Positions 1 to 12,123 of a stretch of 39,589 nucleotides of DNA are shown here, piece by piece. The stretch is from the NCBI GenBank assembly GCA_026025075.1, contig JAPEUI010000064.1, positions 62,001 through 101,589 of the forward strand. Reading direction: 5' to 3'. Each line of letters starts with the position of its first letter. The first letter of the stretch is position 1. Below the pieces are notes generated by a model, which did no database searches, was not told the DNA's origin, and saw only the letters and a list, made by a program, of their open reading frames with translations. The DNA is from Vezdaea acicularis (lineage: Eukaryota). The position numbers were made by a program, and so were the translations under genes.

Positions 1-194
1 GACTCAGCTTCTTGACGGAGTTGAGCGGCCGTCTTGCGAGCTGGGCGGAAACGTCCTTCGATGGAGTCATAGGTTGCATTATGACCAAACATGAAGGCTA
101 TCTTTGCGTAATTCGGCTTAAACTCTGGATGCGCAGCGAGGAGAGCTGCGATCAAGCGCTGGTGAGTTTTGACATCTTGCCAGTTGAGACCCAT
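1..194 (-). CDS. Myb/SANT-like small protein, cluster member 1 (5' part only; runs off the left edge)
   Basis: Not in the ORF track. ATG at 194 reads open to the window edge: MGLNWQDVKTHQRLIAALLAAHPEFKPNYAKIAFMFGHNATYDSIEGRFRPARKTAAQLRQEAE. It has the same W...LL...Y..IA..G..T..I..R pattern as the neighbouring genes. Confidence 0.8.
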   Translation of the reverse strand, partial: MGLNWQDVKTHQRLIAALLAAHPEFKPNYAKIAFMFGHNATYDSIEGRFRPARKTAAQLRQEAE

Positions 195-1990
195 TTTTAG
201 TAATGGGTAGTGAGATGAGTGTTTATTTGGGAATGAAAGGATGCTAATGGTCATTAGCAAAGTGCTCCAAGAGTCAATGAAGTGAAGCTTGACATACTGA
301 AGTTCGTCTTCGTGGCGTGATGTGAAAAGATGGTGGAGAAGTGGTGAAGTCTGTATACGTTCACAGGTGATCGTTCCTTAGCTGAGGTAAGGAAGTTGGT
401 GGCTGACAAATGGTTCTCAATTAGTTTTGGGGACAACCTTTCAGTACGCGAAGATTGTATGGGAGAGGGGTGGGATGTGGAATGCGGCAAGACTCTGACC
501 GGGTTCATTACTCGAGATTGGTGGAAAGAAAGTCAGTAGGGTGGGTGCACTTACAGAAATAGTCGAGAGGGGTGGGCCTTAGGCAGCAGTCGTCAGCGGG
601 AAGAAGGTGTCGCTGTCTGCACTTGCTCACTCGATCCTTTCTTGAGTACCTTTATCCTGCCCCCCCGATCTTCTTGAGATTCTTACCCCCTCCAGGGCAG
701 CCACTTATCTCCATGGAAGGGCACCCAGAGCGCGACGATGAGTCACATGCACGTTTATAGGGGCAAGTAGAACCTGAGTCTACTTGCATCGGCACCATCG
801 GCTTCGAACCCGGATACCAGCCATCACAGCCCTCTTCCTTTGCCATGAATACCCTTGCAGCAGGACTCGAGCTCCCTCCAACGGCCTCAGGCTAGGCGCC
901 TGGGCCTGCTCCCACAGGCCCAAGGGGAGGCCTCGTATGCACGACTAGGGCTTTGACCGTCTGCGATGTCGGTTGCTACGGAAGTGATTATCGCCAGTAT
1001 GTAGCTAGTGTTGGGAAATACATCCACCGCGCAACAGTGATTGGCTACATGTCGCAAGCCCAGACTTGTTGCCCCGTTTCTGCCCCGCGCGGCTGCCATT
1101 CTGGCTGATCGCAGATGTGTCATCTCTCGCCGCGCAGGCAAGGGCTGACGTCGCGGTGGCTGGGAGAGAACGTCGAATGCAAAGCGACGGGGGTTGGGGG
1201 GAGGGGGGTGGGGTGAGAGATCGCTGGCGGGCAGAGAGGGTTGGGGCTTCGCCCCGGCGGAGGGTCGGTCGGTGTGATATCGCGCGACGACGGGAAGCGA
1301 CGCGACTTGATGTGGGATGGCGCGTCGCTCGTGCCTGCGACCGGCCTGCACGCACTTTAACAACCCCTGCAACGCGGGATCGACTAGCGCGGGCCGCCCA
1401 GCACCCCCCCTGCCCCCACCCCTGCTCCTTGGCCGAGCAACCCACCACACCTTTTCAAACAAACACCCCACCTTTCCGATTCTGCGGCTCGACCACCACG
1501 CATGATCGCGGTTCGCGGCTCAGGGCCACTCTAAGAAAGCTAGAAATGTGATGAACGGATGAACGCGCGGTGGACCTTGGAACATTTCGATCTGTCCCAA
1601 GGTTATCACTGCTACTTCGCACTGGTCACTTTTCCTTGGCTGGAAAGAACTTGGTGGGACACTGAGTAGAGTTTGGGGGTGCAACCGTTATTGAATTGAG
1701 AGCTAGCTGCAGAAAGGAAAATCCGTCGCCAATTCCGTCCAAACCCAGTCAACCCGAAAGTGATTTCCGCCTATGGGCTCGTCAAGTGCTCAAGTGCTCA
1801 AGCGCTCGGGAGCTCGCCGGCTAGCTAAAGGAAAGGAACGCCGAGGCTTACCGCCAAAGCAGAAACCGACGCCCCCATCACTCCACGCCTGGAACAATCA
1901 TATCTCCGGACCCATGCCTTTCCAGAGCAAGTGAGTGTAAGAGGAACTTACTACGGTAACCGGGATACCCGGATACCATAGTAGACGGCT

Positions 1991-2734
1991 CTAAGCAAAT
2001 ATGTCCTCGCCAGCCGCATCCCACTCCTTGTCAGAGCCTGCACTATCTTCGCTCGTTACCATCTCATCACCAGGATTGATTTGCCCCTGATTATCTTCCC
2101 CATCCTCGATGTCTTCAAGCCCAAGTATATGAGCGGGGTCGTTAAGGAGCCGGTAGTTGGCCTTCTCGATGCTGCGCGGAGCGGAACGTTTCTTCTCGAT
2201 ACGCCCGGAGAGAACCTTGCGGTTAGAGGTAGGGGTCATCGGCGCAGTAGGGAGAGTGGATCCATTTCTTAGTCCAGAGCTTGGGGTAAGAGGGGGGTCA
2301 TCTTTGACAATAGGATTTTCGATATTGCCAAAACCGTTGAGGTCGGAATGCTTTCCTTCCATACCCTCCTCTTTCTTGACTTTGGGCTTTCGTCCCCGCT
2401 TCTTTGGAGCTTCACCATTTCCAGAACCATGAGGACTTCCATGCCCGCCACCACCAGTACGTTGGATTTGGCCAGGTACCGGTTCTCCACCATTCAGCTT
2501 TCTCGCCTGCTGACGCAGGATGAACATTCTAGCTACGAGTGCACCTTTAGTGATACCTGGAAATGGAATTTAGCGAAGTTGGCTTCGACCGCCTTTTCTT
2601 TTTTAAATTCGTTCAAGCTTACCCAGTGCCGCCGAAACCTTCTCATAATCTGGCTTGATATTTTGAGTAGTCATCATCGTGAGAAAGATACGGATATCCA
2701 TGTCGCGATCCCATTTGACTGAACTTGGAGCCAT
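1991..2734 (-). CDS. Myb/SANT-like protein with AT-hook-like motif, cluster member 2 (~225 aa; exons 2734-2623, 2556-1991)
   Basis: Intron 2622-2557 (GTAAGC...CTAAA...CCAG) joins MAPSSVKWDRDMDIRIFLTMMTTQNIKPDYEKVSAALG in frame to ITKGALVARMFILRQQARKL (ORF 1991..2527). The tail has PKKRGRKPK and an acidic C-terminus. Confidence 0.85.
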
Positions 2735-4390
2735 TGTTATAGTCGCTTTGTTGAGATTCTTTAAGAACTAATGTCTAAGTGTTAGCGATTGATCTAGAGA
2801 TCGGCCAAAAGATGAAATCTGCCTGGGGCGGCAGTGATGTGAACCTCTAGAGGAGATGGCAAAATACGTAGCCGGCGTGAATGATTACGGCTTGGAAATG
2901 GTAGTGAATGTGAACATCTGAAAGAGATGACGAAATGCACAGCCGGTGTGAGGAAATCGGTTTTGCTCACCGCAGAATGAGAAGATACTACTTGCCTGGT
3001 TTTGAAGTGGGCTATTGACCATTTAACATCTTTTTTGGGACGAAATATGTCTTGAGGACTTGGGTAGACAAATCTCGCTTGAGCAAAAGCTTATGGGAAA
3101 TGCTTGATAGAAAGGTGAAAGAGTGGTAGTCTTTCAAGCTTGAAGACGTTACATGTAGCTGGAGCTGCCATGTGCTGAGCGGCCCGCTAAAAATAGGAAG
3201 CAGAGGAGCAGCACTAATCAAAGCATCTCAGAGCCAATGTTCAAAACTGGCCACAATCAAACTAGATGTGTACGTCACCCTCCGCATGATCACTCAGGCA
3301 ATAATGGCTCGGGCGCCACTATCACAGTGTGCTGATCCAACGGCAAAATGTTCCCAGATATTGCGCATTCTTGGAGATAGGAACTTGAGACTATAATAGG
3401 CAGAAAAAGCCGAAGATCGAGGTGGCCTTCCGACTATCGGGGAAGTGTGGAAGAGGGAAGGACTCCACGTCTTCTCTTTGTCACTTTCAGGCTGCTGTGT
3501 CTTGAAAGAGCGCGCCGACCAAGGACTCGCGGGGAAGCGCCTGGAATTCCCCGAGATAAAGGAAGGAGGACGCTACGTCCCTGGCTACCGACCCCTCCAT
3601 TTTGCTTCCGTGCCGGTTTGTACGAGTCGCATCCGCCCGGGTGATCTGGCGGTGTTGCGATCGCTGGAGGTCTTTACAGAAAGCTGTGATGGTAAGGCGT
3701 GACGTTGCCCAGAAAATTCCAACGGACTGTCACCACGCTAGCGAAACGACGCTAAAGCCGTGCAGCGGTCCACGACATGGATCCCCTGAAGGCGCTAATG
3801 CACGCTTGGTTGGACCGTGTAGCCCTCGTACGAGTGCAGATCCCGGGACTACATGCCTCGGGCATCAGAATCATGTGTGCATTCGTAGAAGAGAGCAACG
3901 GCAAGACTTTAAAGGTGTGAGAGGCGCATGAGAACCAGGAATGTTTGCTCGAGACTCTCCGATCTGGACCGGAGTCGGCGAAGAGTCGGTGAGGGGAAGC
4001 AGATTGCGGCAACGATGGCCGCCCCATCATAGCCAGGTGGGCCGTCGCACCCATTCCCACCGCATTTGCGACTCAAGCTAGTCTAGCTATCTTTGCTACT
4101 CTGCGGAGGCGCTCCTACTTTCTACCTTCTTGACCTAAAGCTCTTCTTAAGTGTGCGAAGCTGATTCTCGCTTCTACTGAGCACTGAAGAGTTTCTCACC
4201 TCCACTCTGCCAACCCTCCTTCTCAAGAACCCTAAGAGTGCCGTTAACTCATCATATCTTCTTCTCCGCTCCTCCAAGCTCCTCATTACCACAGTAAGCT
4301 TGAATTCTTGAATAAACAACATTGGACTGACATTTTGGACAGACGACTATATTCTTCGTTCATTGACCATCTCTCACTTCAACCGTCATA

Positions 4391-5081
4391 ATGCCTATCC
4401 GTTGGACTGCCGAGAATGACCACCTCGTAAGGCTTACCTTTACTTCTGCCTCGCGCGCACTTCACCACACCAATTTTCTGCGCAACACAATTCCCTTCAA
4501 GACTGATTGATATCTGCTTTACTTCAACCTCAATTTCTGATCACCACCTGCTAACATATCGCCAGCTCCTCCTGAAGCTTCTCGAGACCCATCCCTCTCT
4601 CAGCGTGGATGCTAAAGCCATCGTCGCCTCCTGGCCAACCCACAATGGTGACGTGCCCACCGCGCGCGCTGTGACTGAACGCTTCGTCAAGATCCGTAAG
4701 GACGCAAAGGCCAAAGGCATCGTCGGCGACAATGGCAAGCTCTTTTCTGTAACCAAGCCCAAGGGTGGCACTGGCGTTGTCAAGCGCAGGTCCACTACTA
4801 CTCCGAGCCCAACTAAAGCCCGTGGTGCGGCCGCGCGCAAGAAGAAGAATACGCCCACCCCACCCACCGCATCGGAGGAAGACGATGACAGCCAGCCCGC
4901 TACTGGAGTCCAGGCAATTGAGGGTGTCAAACAAAACCACCACAGCGCCGACGACGTGGATAGCGCTGACGAGGACAATGCTATTATCAAATACGAGGCC
5001 ATTGGCGACGATGAAGATGATAAACATGGCCAGCTCGGCGTCGGAGGGTCGGATGCCTATGGCGTGGAGGATGAAGAATAG
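4391..5081 (+). CDS. Myb/SANT-like protein, cluster member 3 (~183 aa; exons 4391-4426, 4566-5081)
   Basis: Intron 4427-4565 (GTAAGG...CTAAC...CCAG) gives MPIRWTAENDHL|LLLKLLETHPSLSVDAKAIVASWPTHNGDVPTARAVTERFVKIRKDAK, in frame with ORF 4605..5081. The tail is basic, then acidic. Confidence 0.85.
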
Positions 5082-5211
5082 GCGCCCCTTTCCGACGGAT
5101 TCATGCCTCTTCACTTTCCTGAATGTTTCATAATGGCCTCTGCCGCTTTTTCACGGGGAGGAAAAGTTATGAGGATGATTTTACCACGGCTGCCTTTCCT
5201 TTCGAGCTCTT

Positions 5212-5242
5212 TCTCTCGCGCTCTCTCTCTCTCTCTCTCTCT
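5212..5242. repeat. (CT)n microsatellite downstream of member 3
   Basis: ctctctctctctctctctctct at 5221-5242 with an imperfect left flank. Confidence 0.9.
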
Positions 5243-5763
5243 ACACATTGGGCGTCTGGCTTATTGATAATCGAGCTATTCGTGGCTGGGAAATGGATGG
5301 CGGTGCAACTTTGAATGGGAATGCTTGGATGAATCCTGGGGTTTGATTTGGGCTTGGTAATGAAGTGCGCTAGCAATCAAGACACCTAGCTCCTAGCAAT
5401 AAATTCTCAGCCTCGTTCATACTATCTCAGGTCTTCAATGAGGATGTTCAAGTATCACAGCCTGAATCGAGAGAAAGAGAGCCTTTATTTGGGCAGAGAA
5501 GGTGTTGGTTTTGATATCAAAAGACTAATACCACCTCGTGAGTCCTACCCAGTTCACCTTCTATTTAGTCGCCATGTCGCCGTATCCGCCAAATCCACCC
5601 AAGTCCCAAGTCAAGGATCGAAGACCAAAGGAAAAAGGAAGGCCACGAGAAATCTACTCATCCTGAGACGTATCGACTGAAGTCAAAGATGTGAGTTCTA
5701 ATATCTCTCTCCACCAACAGAAATACGTCATTCGGAGAGATAGTAAGTGAAGGTGTTGTGAGC

Positions 5764-6487
5764 CTAATACTCCCCAAACTCCACAGCGACCCCAGCGTCG
5801 ATTTCTTCTTTGACATCGTCCTCGACAATCTGATCAGATATGTTATCTTCGCCGTTGACCTCAGATTTGACTTCCTCGGTCTTGACAGGGCCGCCCTCAT
5901 TCTCCTCATCGTTCTCATCCTTCACTGTTTCAGTGGACTTAGGTTTGCGGCCACGCTTCTTTGTGACAATTTCCCCATTGGCGTCGACGACTTTTGGCTT
6001 GGGTGCTGCACGCTTGCGAGGAGCGGCCGCCTTCTTCTTCGGCTGGGAATCGTCATCCTCGCCTTCTTGATCCCCAGCAGCTTTGCGTTTGCGGCCTTTG
6101 GCTTGGGTAGGTTGAGAATTAGCAGATTCCTCTCCTTGGGAGGCAGTGCCGTTGGCAGTAGCATTGCCATTGGCCTGACCAGCTTTCTTGATATTTCCAA
6201 TGCGGTGAATCAAAGCTTTAGGAGTGATGCCTGCAAAGAGGTAACCATGCATTAGCTAGCGTCCATTCATGAGAAACTGAATTGAAGACTTACCGCGACC
6301 CATCGCCTCAGCGGTTTTGGCATAATCAATTCGAACCTCATGAATGGCGAGGACTTTGGCAAAAAGCTGAGATGCCCGTCAGCGACTTATCTTTATGGTG
6401 ATTATTGAGATGAGACGAAAGCTGAAACCCGGAGATTAATCCGGACGATCTTACCTCCTGGTCGAGCTCGGCAGTCCACTGAACCAT
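5764..6487 (-). CDS. Myb/SANT-like protein with AT-hook-like motif, cluster member 4 (~190 aa; exons 6487-6455, 6366-6294, 6230-5764)
   Basis: Introns 6454-6367 (GTAAGA...CTGAC...TCAG) and 6293-6231 (GTAAGT...CTAAT...GCAG) give MVQWTAELDQE|LFAKVLAIHEVRIDYAKTAEAMGRG|ITPKALIHRIGNIKKAG, in frame with ORF 5764..6252. The tail has KKRGRKPK. Confidence 0.87.
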
Positions 6488-7648
6488 CTTGACAATAGAG
6501 GGTTGAGTTGAGTTTAGATAGCTTGATTGGAAAGCGAATCAGCTTTAAGGCTATAACGCTGTGAGATAAGAAGGATGGCTTGAATACAAGCAAGTAAGTG
6601 AGAAGTGTTGGACGAATGAGATGCAGCGGGTGGGATGCTGGGATGAAGGAGGGTGGGAGGAGAGCAGTCAGGCGGGGGCTCAAATAGTCGTAGAAGACTA
6701 AGGTGCGGGGTGGGCGTATTGGCTGCCACCGCGCAGAGTCTTGTCCACGGGCACCCGGAGGGAGAAGGGGAGGGGGGGGGGGAGGGGCGCCCGGGAGCGG
6801 GGGGGGCGTTAAGGCACTAAGTATGACAGATGACATACGTTTTGTGCCAAGGCAGGCGTCAGGCTGCTCGCCTTACTGATGTCGACCAAGGGTTTCGACC
6901 AGCTCGCCTGTGATGAGTTATTTGGATCTCTCTTGGGTCTCATAGTGCTCAAGAATTATTAGAAAAACAAAGTAAGGAGCAAGCTACGAGATGAATCTCG
7001 TAGCATTCGATGGGACTTAGCCCATCCAACTGGCGCGTGAACTTCAAGAAAGCCCTGCGATACCCGAGCTATAACTAACTCGCGCCCCGTTTCCCTCAAA
7101 TTCGCTCCAAGAGGAACTATCTTGGAAGAGATCTATTGTAGGACGCGGTGGTGACCTATATTGGCCTCTTCGGACTTGTGTGTGGTTTAGAAAGAGCTAA
7201 GAAATGGTTCGCCTGGAAACTACACGTCGAGTTTGGCTCGGGTCGGCTGCCATATGTGCAAGTGCGGGACCCTGATTAGTGAGGGGTAAAGCGCCACTAT
7301 CACAGCGCTAAGATGGCTTTGTAGTTTGGGCGCACACATCATCAGGGCACATGTTTCCTTCCCACGAGGACACTGCATCACACAACAAAGGAGCTCACGA
7401 AGATCTATTCTGTGCAGGAAGTGTGTCTACTTTTGCGCGTATGTTCACTCTTTCCTCCACGTGGGCTAAAACTCATAGACCCTGCTCCCGTGAGATTCGT
7501 GAGATTCGTCGCCTTATTCGGTGAAGCCCAACATTCTCAAGTACATGGCGATTGAAGCCCAGAGGAACCACTCCAACCATGCCGCTTAATTGCAAATCTA
7601 AGTCCTGAAAAATTGATCTAGATGACGACCGAGATAAAGCAGGCGCAG

Positions 7649-8404
7649 CTAATTGTAATGGCTATGAACTTTTAGCCTTGGGAAAGGGTAGAGAGGTGGA
7701 AGAGGGACGAACTCATCGTGTTCAAGGTCTACAGTTTTGCCATCTTCGACTTTGAAAAGCAGGCTTTGATCTCCAGGAGCGCCATCGACTTCAAGTTCGG
7801 CCTTCATCTTTTTAGCATGATTTCCGCTGGGGCTTCCAAGATCATCGTCTTCAAGGTCAACAGCATCGTTCTTTCTCTTGCGAGTGGAGGTGTTGTCCTG
7901 TAGCTTTCGGGCGCTGGTTGTAGTAGTAGCTTTACTAGGGGACTTCCTGGCTTTTCCAGGGGTAGTAACGTTGGCGTTGCTGGATTTCGTGGGTGAATTG
8001 TGGGCAGATTCAGCAGCGTTTCCTGCACTCTGTCGTTTGATTTTCATAAAATGTTGACTACAACTGTTAGCTGTCGCACTCACTACACGTGAAGGGGAAG
8101 GCACAACACGGTAAGAAATGAGGCAAATAGTGTGGTATAGGGATCTCTGCAGATCCAGCCAAAGGTATCTTTGGTTCTCGAAAATGGGCATTTCCTTATT
8201 AAAAGCTTTGAAGTGATATAGGTGCAGTGTCTAGAAGAGGAACGTTCACTACACGACGGTGAAATCTTACCGACAGGCTTCAGCACTGAAGTCACCTCCA
8301 AGTTTTGCGCTGATTTGCGGCCATTGCGGGGTGATCTTGGCCTCTGATGACTCAATGATAGCTAATAGGAGGGCAAAGTCCTTTTCGGTGCTCCATAACA
8401 CCAT
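7649..8404 (-). CDS. Myb/SANT-like protein, cluster member 5 (~180 aa; exons 8404-8271, 8057-~7649; a further 3' intron is possible)
   Basis: Intron 8270-8058 (GTAAGA...CTAAC...GTAG) gives MVLWSTEKDFALLLAIIESSEAKITPQWPQISAKLGGDFSAEACR|QHFMKIKRQS, in frame with ORF 7649..8191. The tail is S/T/P/K-rich. The C-terminus is uncertain. Confidence 0.82.
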
Positions 8405-9624
8405 CACGGAAGACTGAGTAGCTGTCTATACAGCAAGAGAGCAATTTGAGTGAGGTGAAGGAGCGACTGTTTTTGGGAAGAGTTACTGTAGTTCTGAGAA
8501 AGAAAGTTCTGAGGAGTGACAAAGAGTGGGGGAGAAAGAGTGTAGCGGTTTTTGGGGGGGCGGAGGGGGGGATTGGGAGATTCGATGACGTTTTAGGGGC
8601 CCGTAGACCCTCTGAAGCTGAAAATGCGTGTGGTCTATCTTCGGCTTCAAGTTCAACTTAGGGTTAGCGCGAAACAAGACGGCTTGAGGTAAAGCCTACT
8701 CAATCATGCCTAGGACTCGAACACAATCGGCCAAGATCACGGCCAGCGCGGAACACTTCCTCCTCCATAGTCTTCTCTTGTTTCGATGCCGATCTCATAC
8801 CTGCAAGAGCGAGTTCCCGGGACCAGCTTCGGAAGTGGAGCAGTGCACCATCAGCCAGCCCTAAAAGACCTCATCATCAATCCATATTGGTCAGCCAAAA
8901 CGGCCTATCGATTGAGTTCTCTCAATTGATAGGACGTTCTCGGATGCGGACCCAGCAGACGCACCCCTGCACACAACCGCATGCTACCCCTGTCGGCATC
9001 TGATGGGCCTAAACCTATTTGGGAGGAACAACAGACACTAGGCGAAAGCCCGAGCGTGACCGAGCCGTGATTGCAGAGTCATCAGACTTATGGTTCACGT
9101 CGGGTTACGTCCCATCACACAGTATCACACAGTATCACACATCATGTTGCATCGATCATCTTGCTCTTGACCTTGTAAGGACTTTCGGGAAGATCCCATT
9201 CGTGCACAATATTGAGAGACGTGTGAAGACTCTGGAATAACCCGAAGTCCTTTGCTCCTCTTTATGTACTTCTCTTTGTCCGGTGTAATCCCGATGATCG
9301 GGGCTTATCTCAAAGGATATGCTGTTCGTTGATTTCACTGGAATCAAACATACCTAATCCTTCATGTCTATTATCGTAACGCTACGGGTGTAGATGTGCT
9401 ATACTATGATGCTTCCCCGGGTGTTTTCATAGCCGTTCACGAGCTCCGAACCCTTACTCTTTGCCGCCCGCATTCACTTGCCGCTGCCAACTCTACCCTT
9501 AGCCGTAGAAAAGCCAATTGATCTTCGCGTAAACTTTCAGCGTTCCTTGGACCTTCATCTCGTCTCTCAAAATCTACCCTAAAGCCCCCACGTTATCTTG
9601 GATCAGCCTTCCTCAACCAGAGCA

Positions 9625-10131
9625 ATGGCGAATGACGGACATGCTAAATTCCTTTTTACCATGATGAAACAACTCGATACCAGAAATGTTTGGTCCTACT
9701 CTTTTGAGATTCGCTTGCCTACAATGCTGATATAACTACCGCAGATCGACTGGAGCCTTGTGGCTAGTGAGCTTGATATTACCAACGGCCACGCCGCCCG
9801 TATGCGATTTTCTAGGCTCCGAAATCAGATGGAGGCAAACTCTTCAAAATCAAGCCCCGAAGCCTCCAGCCCCAAGAAAAAACTGACGCCAAAGAAAATC
9901 CAGCGAGAGGGTGCTGCCAAAGGAAAGAAGAGGCAGGCCATGGAAATGACCGAAGAAGATGATGATAATTTGAATGGAGCCGCTTATCGACCAGTCTCTA
10001 AAGTCAAATTCAATTCGGCTGACTCCAACAATCATAAACCTGCGTTCACTCGTCAACCAACATCCACTCAACAGCTGGCACAAGCTCCTGCAGCACCGAC
10101 TCAAATCACAGAACAAAGGAAGCAAGCCTGA
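9625..10131 (+). CDS. Myb-like domain protein, cluster member 6 (~149 aa; exons 9625-9687, 9745-10131)
   Basis: Intron 9688-9744 (GTTTGG...CTGAT...GCAG) gives MANDGHAKFLFTMMKQLDTRN|IDWSLVASELDITNGHAARMRFSRLRNQME. IDW..VA..L.I.NGHAARMR(F/Y)SR is a fungal Myb-like motif I recognise. Confidence 0.85.
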
Positions 10132-12123
10132 ATCTGGTACTTATGCTCTCCTTTTCTGTTTCAAGTACTTACTAAATTTGAATGCAAGGCGTCGTTCAAC
10201 CAGCCTCAAATGCGGAACAACTCGATGAGATGATCGATCTTTCACGATCGGGACGAATTTCTTTGTGGGTTGGCTATGGTAGCTAATGAAATCAAGTTGG
10301 ATTGACTCTCTTTCCTTTATGGTCACATTATTTGCCCATATATTTGGCACTCTGACGACTGCAACAATCTTAGTGATCTCATTCAGCCTGCTCCACCCAT
10401 TATGCCACCTATTCTTAATTCTCAATCAGAGTATCTTGGAGTAGAAATGTGCTCGCAGGCTATGACTCTTAACCCCTATTTAACAAACAAAATGACGCAT
10501 CATATCCTTCGATATTTCCATTCGTTTGTAATTTCCAGGCTTCTCTGTACGTTAACCCTTTTTCAGAACTCTGCCAAATGGGCCCACCTAGGAGGATCCG
10601 AAACACAACGATTCGCACTTTTGTGTTTGAGATACACGCATTTTGAATGTCCAACTGGCTCCTTAATGAACCATGGCCAGTCTTGCTATTCCCCGCCCTT
10701 TGGGATGATGATCCCCAGGATTGGCTTGCAATTACCTCTGCTTTAAATATACCTCTTCCAAAAAATGCTCTGCTATGCCGTTGGTATTAGCATATCCAAA
10801 TATATCTGCTATGCGAGAAGTGTCCCGTAGTGTGGAGTTGCGTGTACGATATGGCGAGATAGCTCTGTATACTAACTAGAATGGCCGGTCTGTAAATCAA
10901 ACTCGATATGATGGCAATGTGATTACCTTGGCCAAAGATCCAAAAAGCCGCTAGCCTACATCCGACGAGTGGGTCAACCATATACGTAAGTTGATAACCA
11001 TCACAGAAATGCATTCGACTTTGACCTCCAATCATCGACTCTAGCAACATCAGCACAATGATGATTTCCACTGCAGATTATTCCTATGATGACTTTTACT
11101 GTCGATTATTGCTTTGATGTTTGACTTCTTATTCTCCACCTTCTGAGGTATGTATTCTTCCATCATAGCTTTGGTGGTGGTCAACGGATTAAAATCTACC
11201 TGCCGCTCGTTGCAAACTGCGTTCCCCTTTGCATCGCGATTACCATGCCCGTTCTGCCAACGGGGGAACTTTCCTATGAATAACTCGTAATAGCATAGGG
11301 GAGAGCGCATAAGATCGAGAATCTCGTTTTCTTTACAAGTTATATTGTGAACATCGCAGGAAAGACGGTGGAGAGGGTTTCCTATTGTAATGCTAGGAAG
11401 CGTATGAGATGCATGCCAATCTATGTTATCGAGTACTTCTATTCAATACAACAAGGCCCCGTTCTAGTATCTATCGGTGTGAGAACACAGCGCGACCTTC
11501 TCCTACTAGCTTTGTGGGATAGGTAGGGCTGGATGTGCGCCTACTGTGGAATCCGACAGTCACCCCTAAACCAAATCGGCATAGCGACGAATCATACCGA
11601 CTGTTTGAAAATGTAGAGATGTAATACCTAAAACAATCACGAGTCTGTGAAGCTGTAACCAATTGGTTCTTTTGGACGAAGACCAATGAAGATACTTGGG
11701 GACAGCGCTCAGGATCAACTATCGGGTGACTTATTCCAGGCTGCAATGGACTCTCAAAGCATATGCAGAAAGACGAGGATTCTGAAGGTCTTTGAAGAAT
11801 CGGAGGTACTCTAGCTCTTGAAATAAATATATGAGATGTACGTCAACATGGACTCTGTTCGAAGGTAGATCGTCACTGAAATGCAGGACGACAGGTTTCA
11901 CGAGGGTCGTTAACTAGATGCAGTATTACGCTCCGTAAACCCTTAAGAAGCAGATGCCTTAATGAGGGAGAGGTCTGATAGCAGGTTTGAAGACTTGAGA
12001 TCAACCCAGCTATATAACTAGTCCTAGAATTTATTTCGATAAATGACTGGATAGCCATGAAAGCTCACACCCCGCACCATTCATATCGACCTACAGTTGA
12101 GAAAAGGTGCAAAACGACGCTGA

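Noticed and set aside
887..1551. Overlapping 147-194 aa ORFs on both strands
   Set aside because: R/P/A/G-rich with no domain motif, as expected by chance in GC-rich DNA.
1783..1807. (CAAGTGCT)x3 short tandem repeat; also 7489-7509 (CGTGAGATT)x2
   Set aside because: Short slippage-type repeats without spacers, so not CRISPR-like, and no evidence of function.
4541..6255. ORFs 4541..5002-, 4551..5114- and 5758..6255+
   Set aside because: Antisense shadows of cluster members 3 and 4.
10141..12058. Several 60-114 aa ORFs; also looked for an eighth Myb-like gene here
   Set aside because: No recognisable domain or consistent splice model found by eye. A degenerate gene cannot be excluded.
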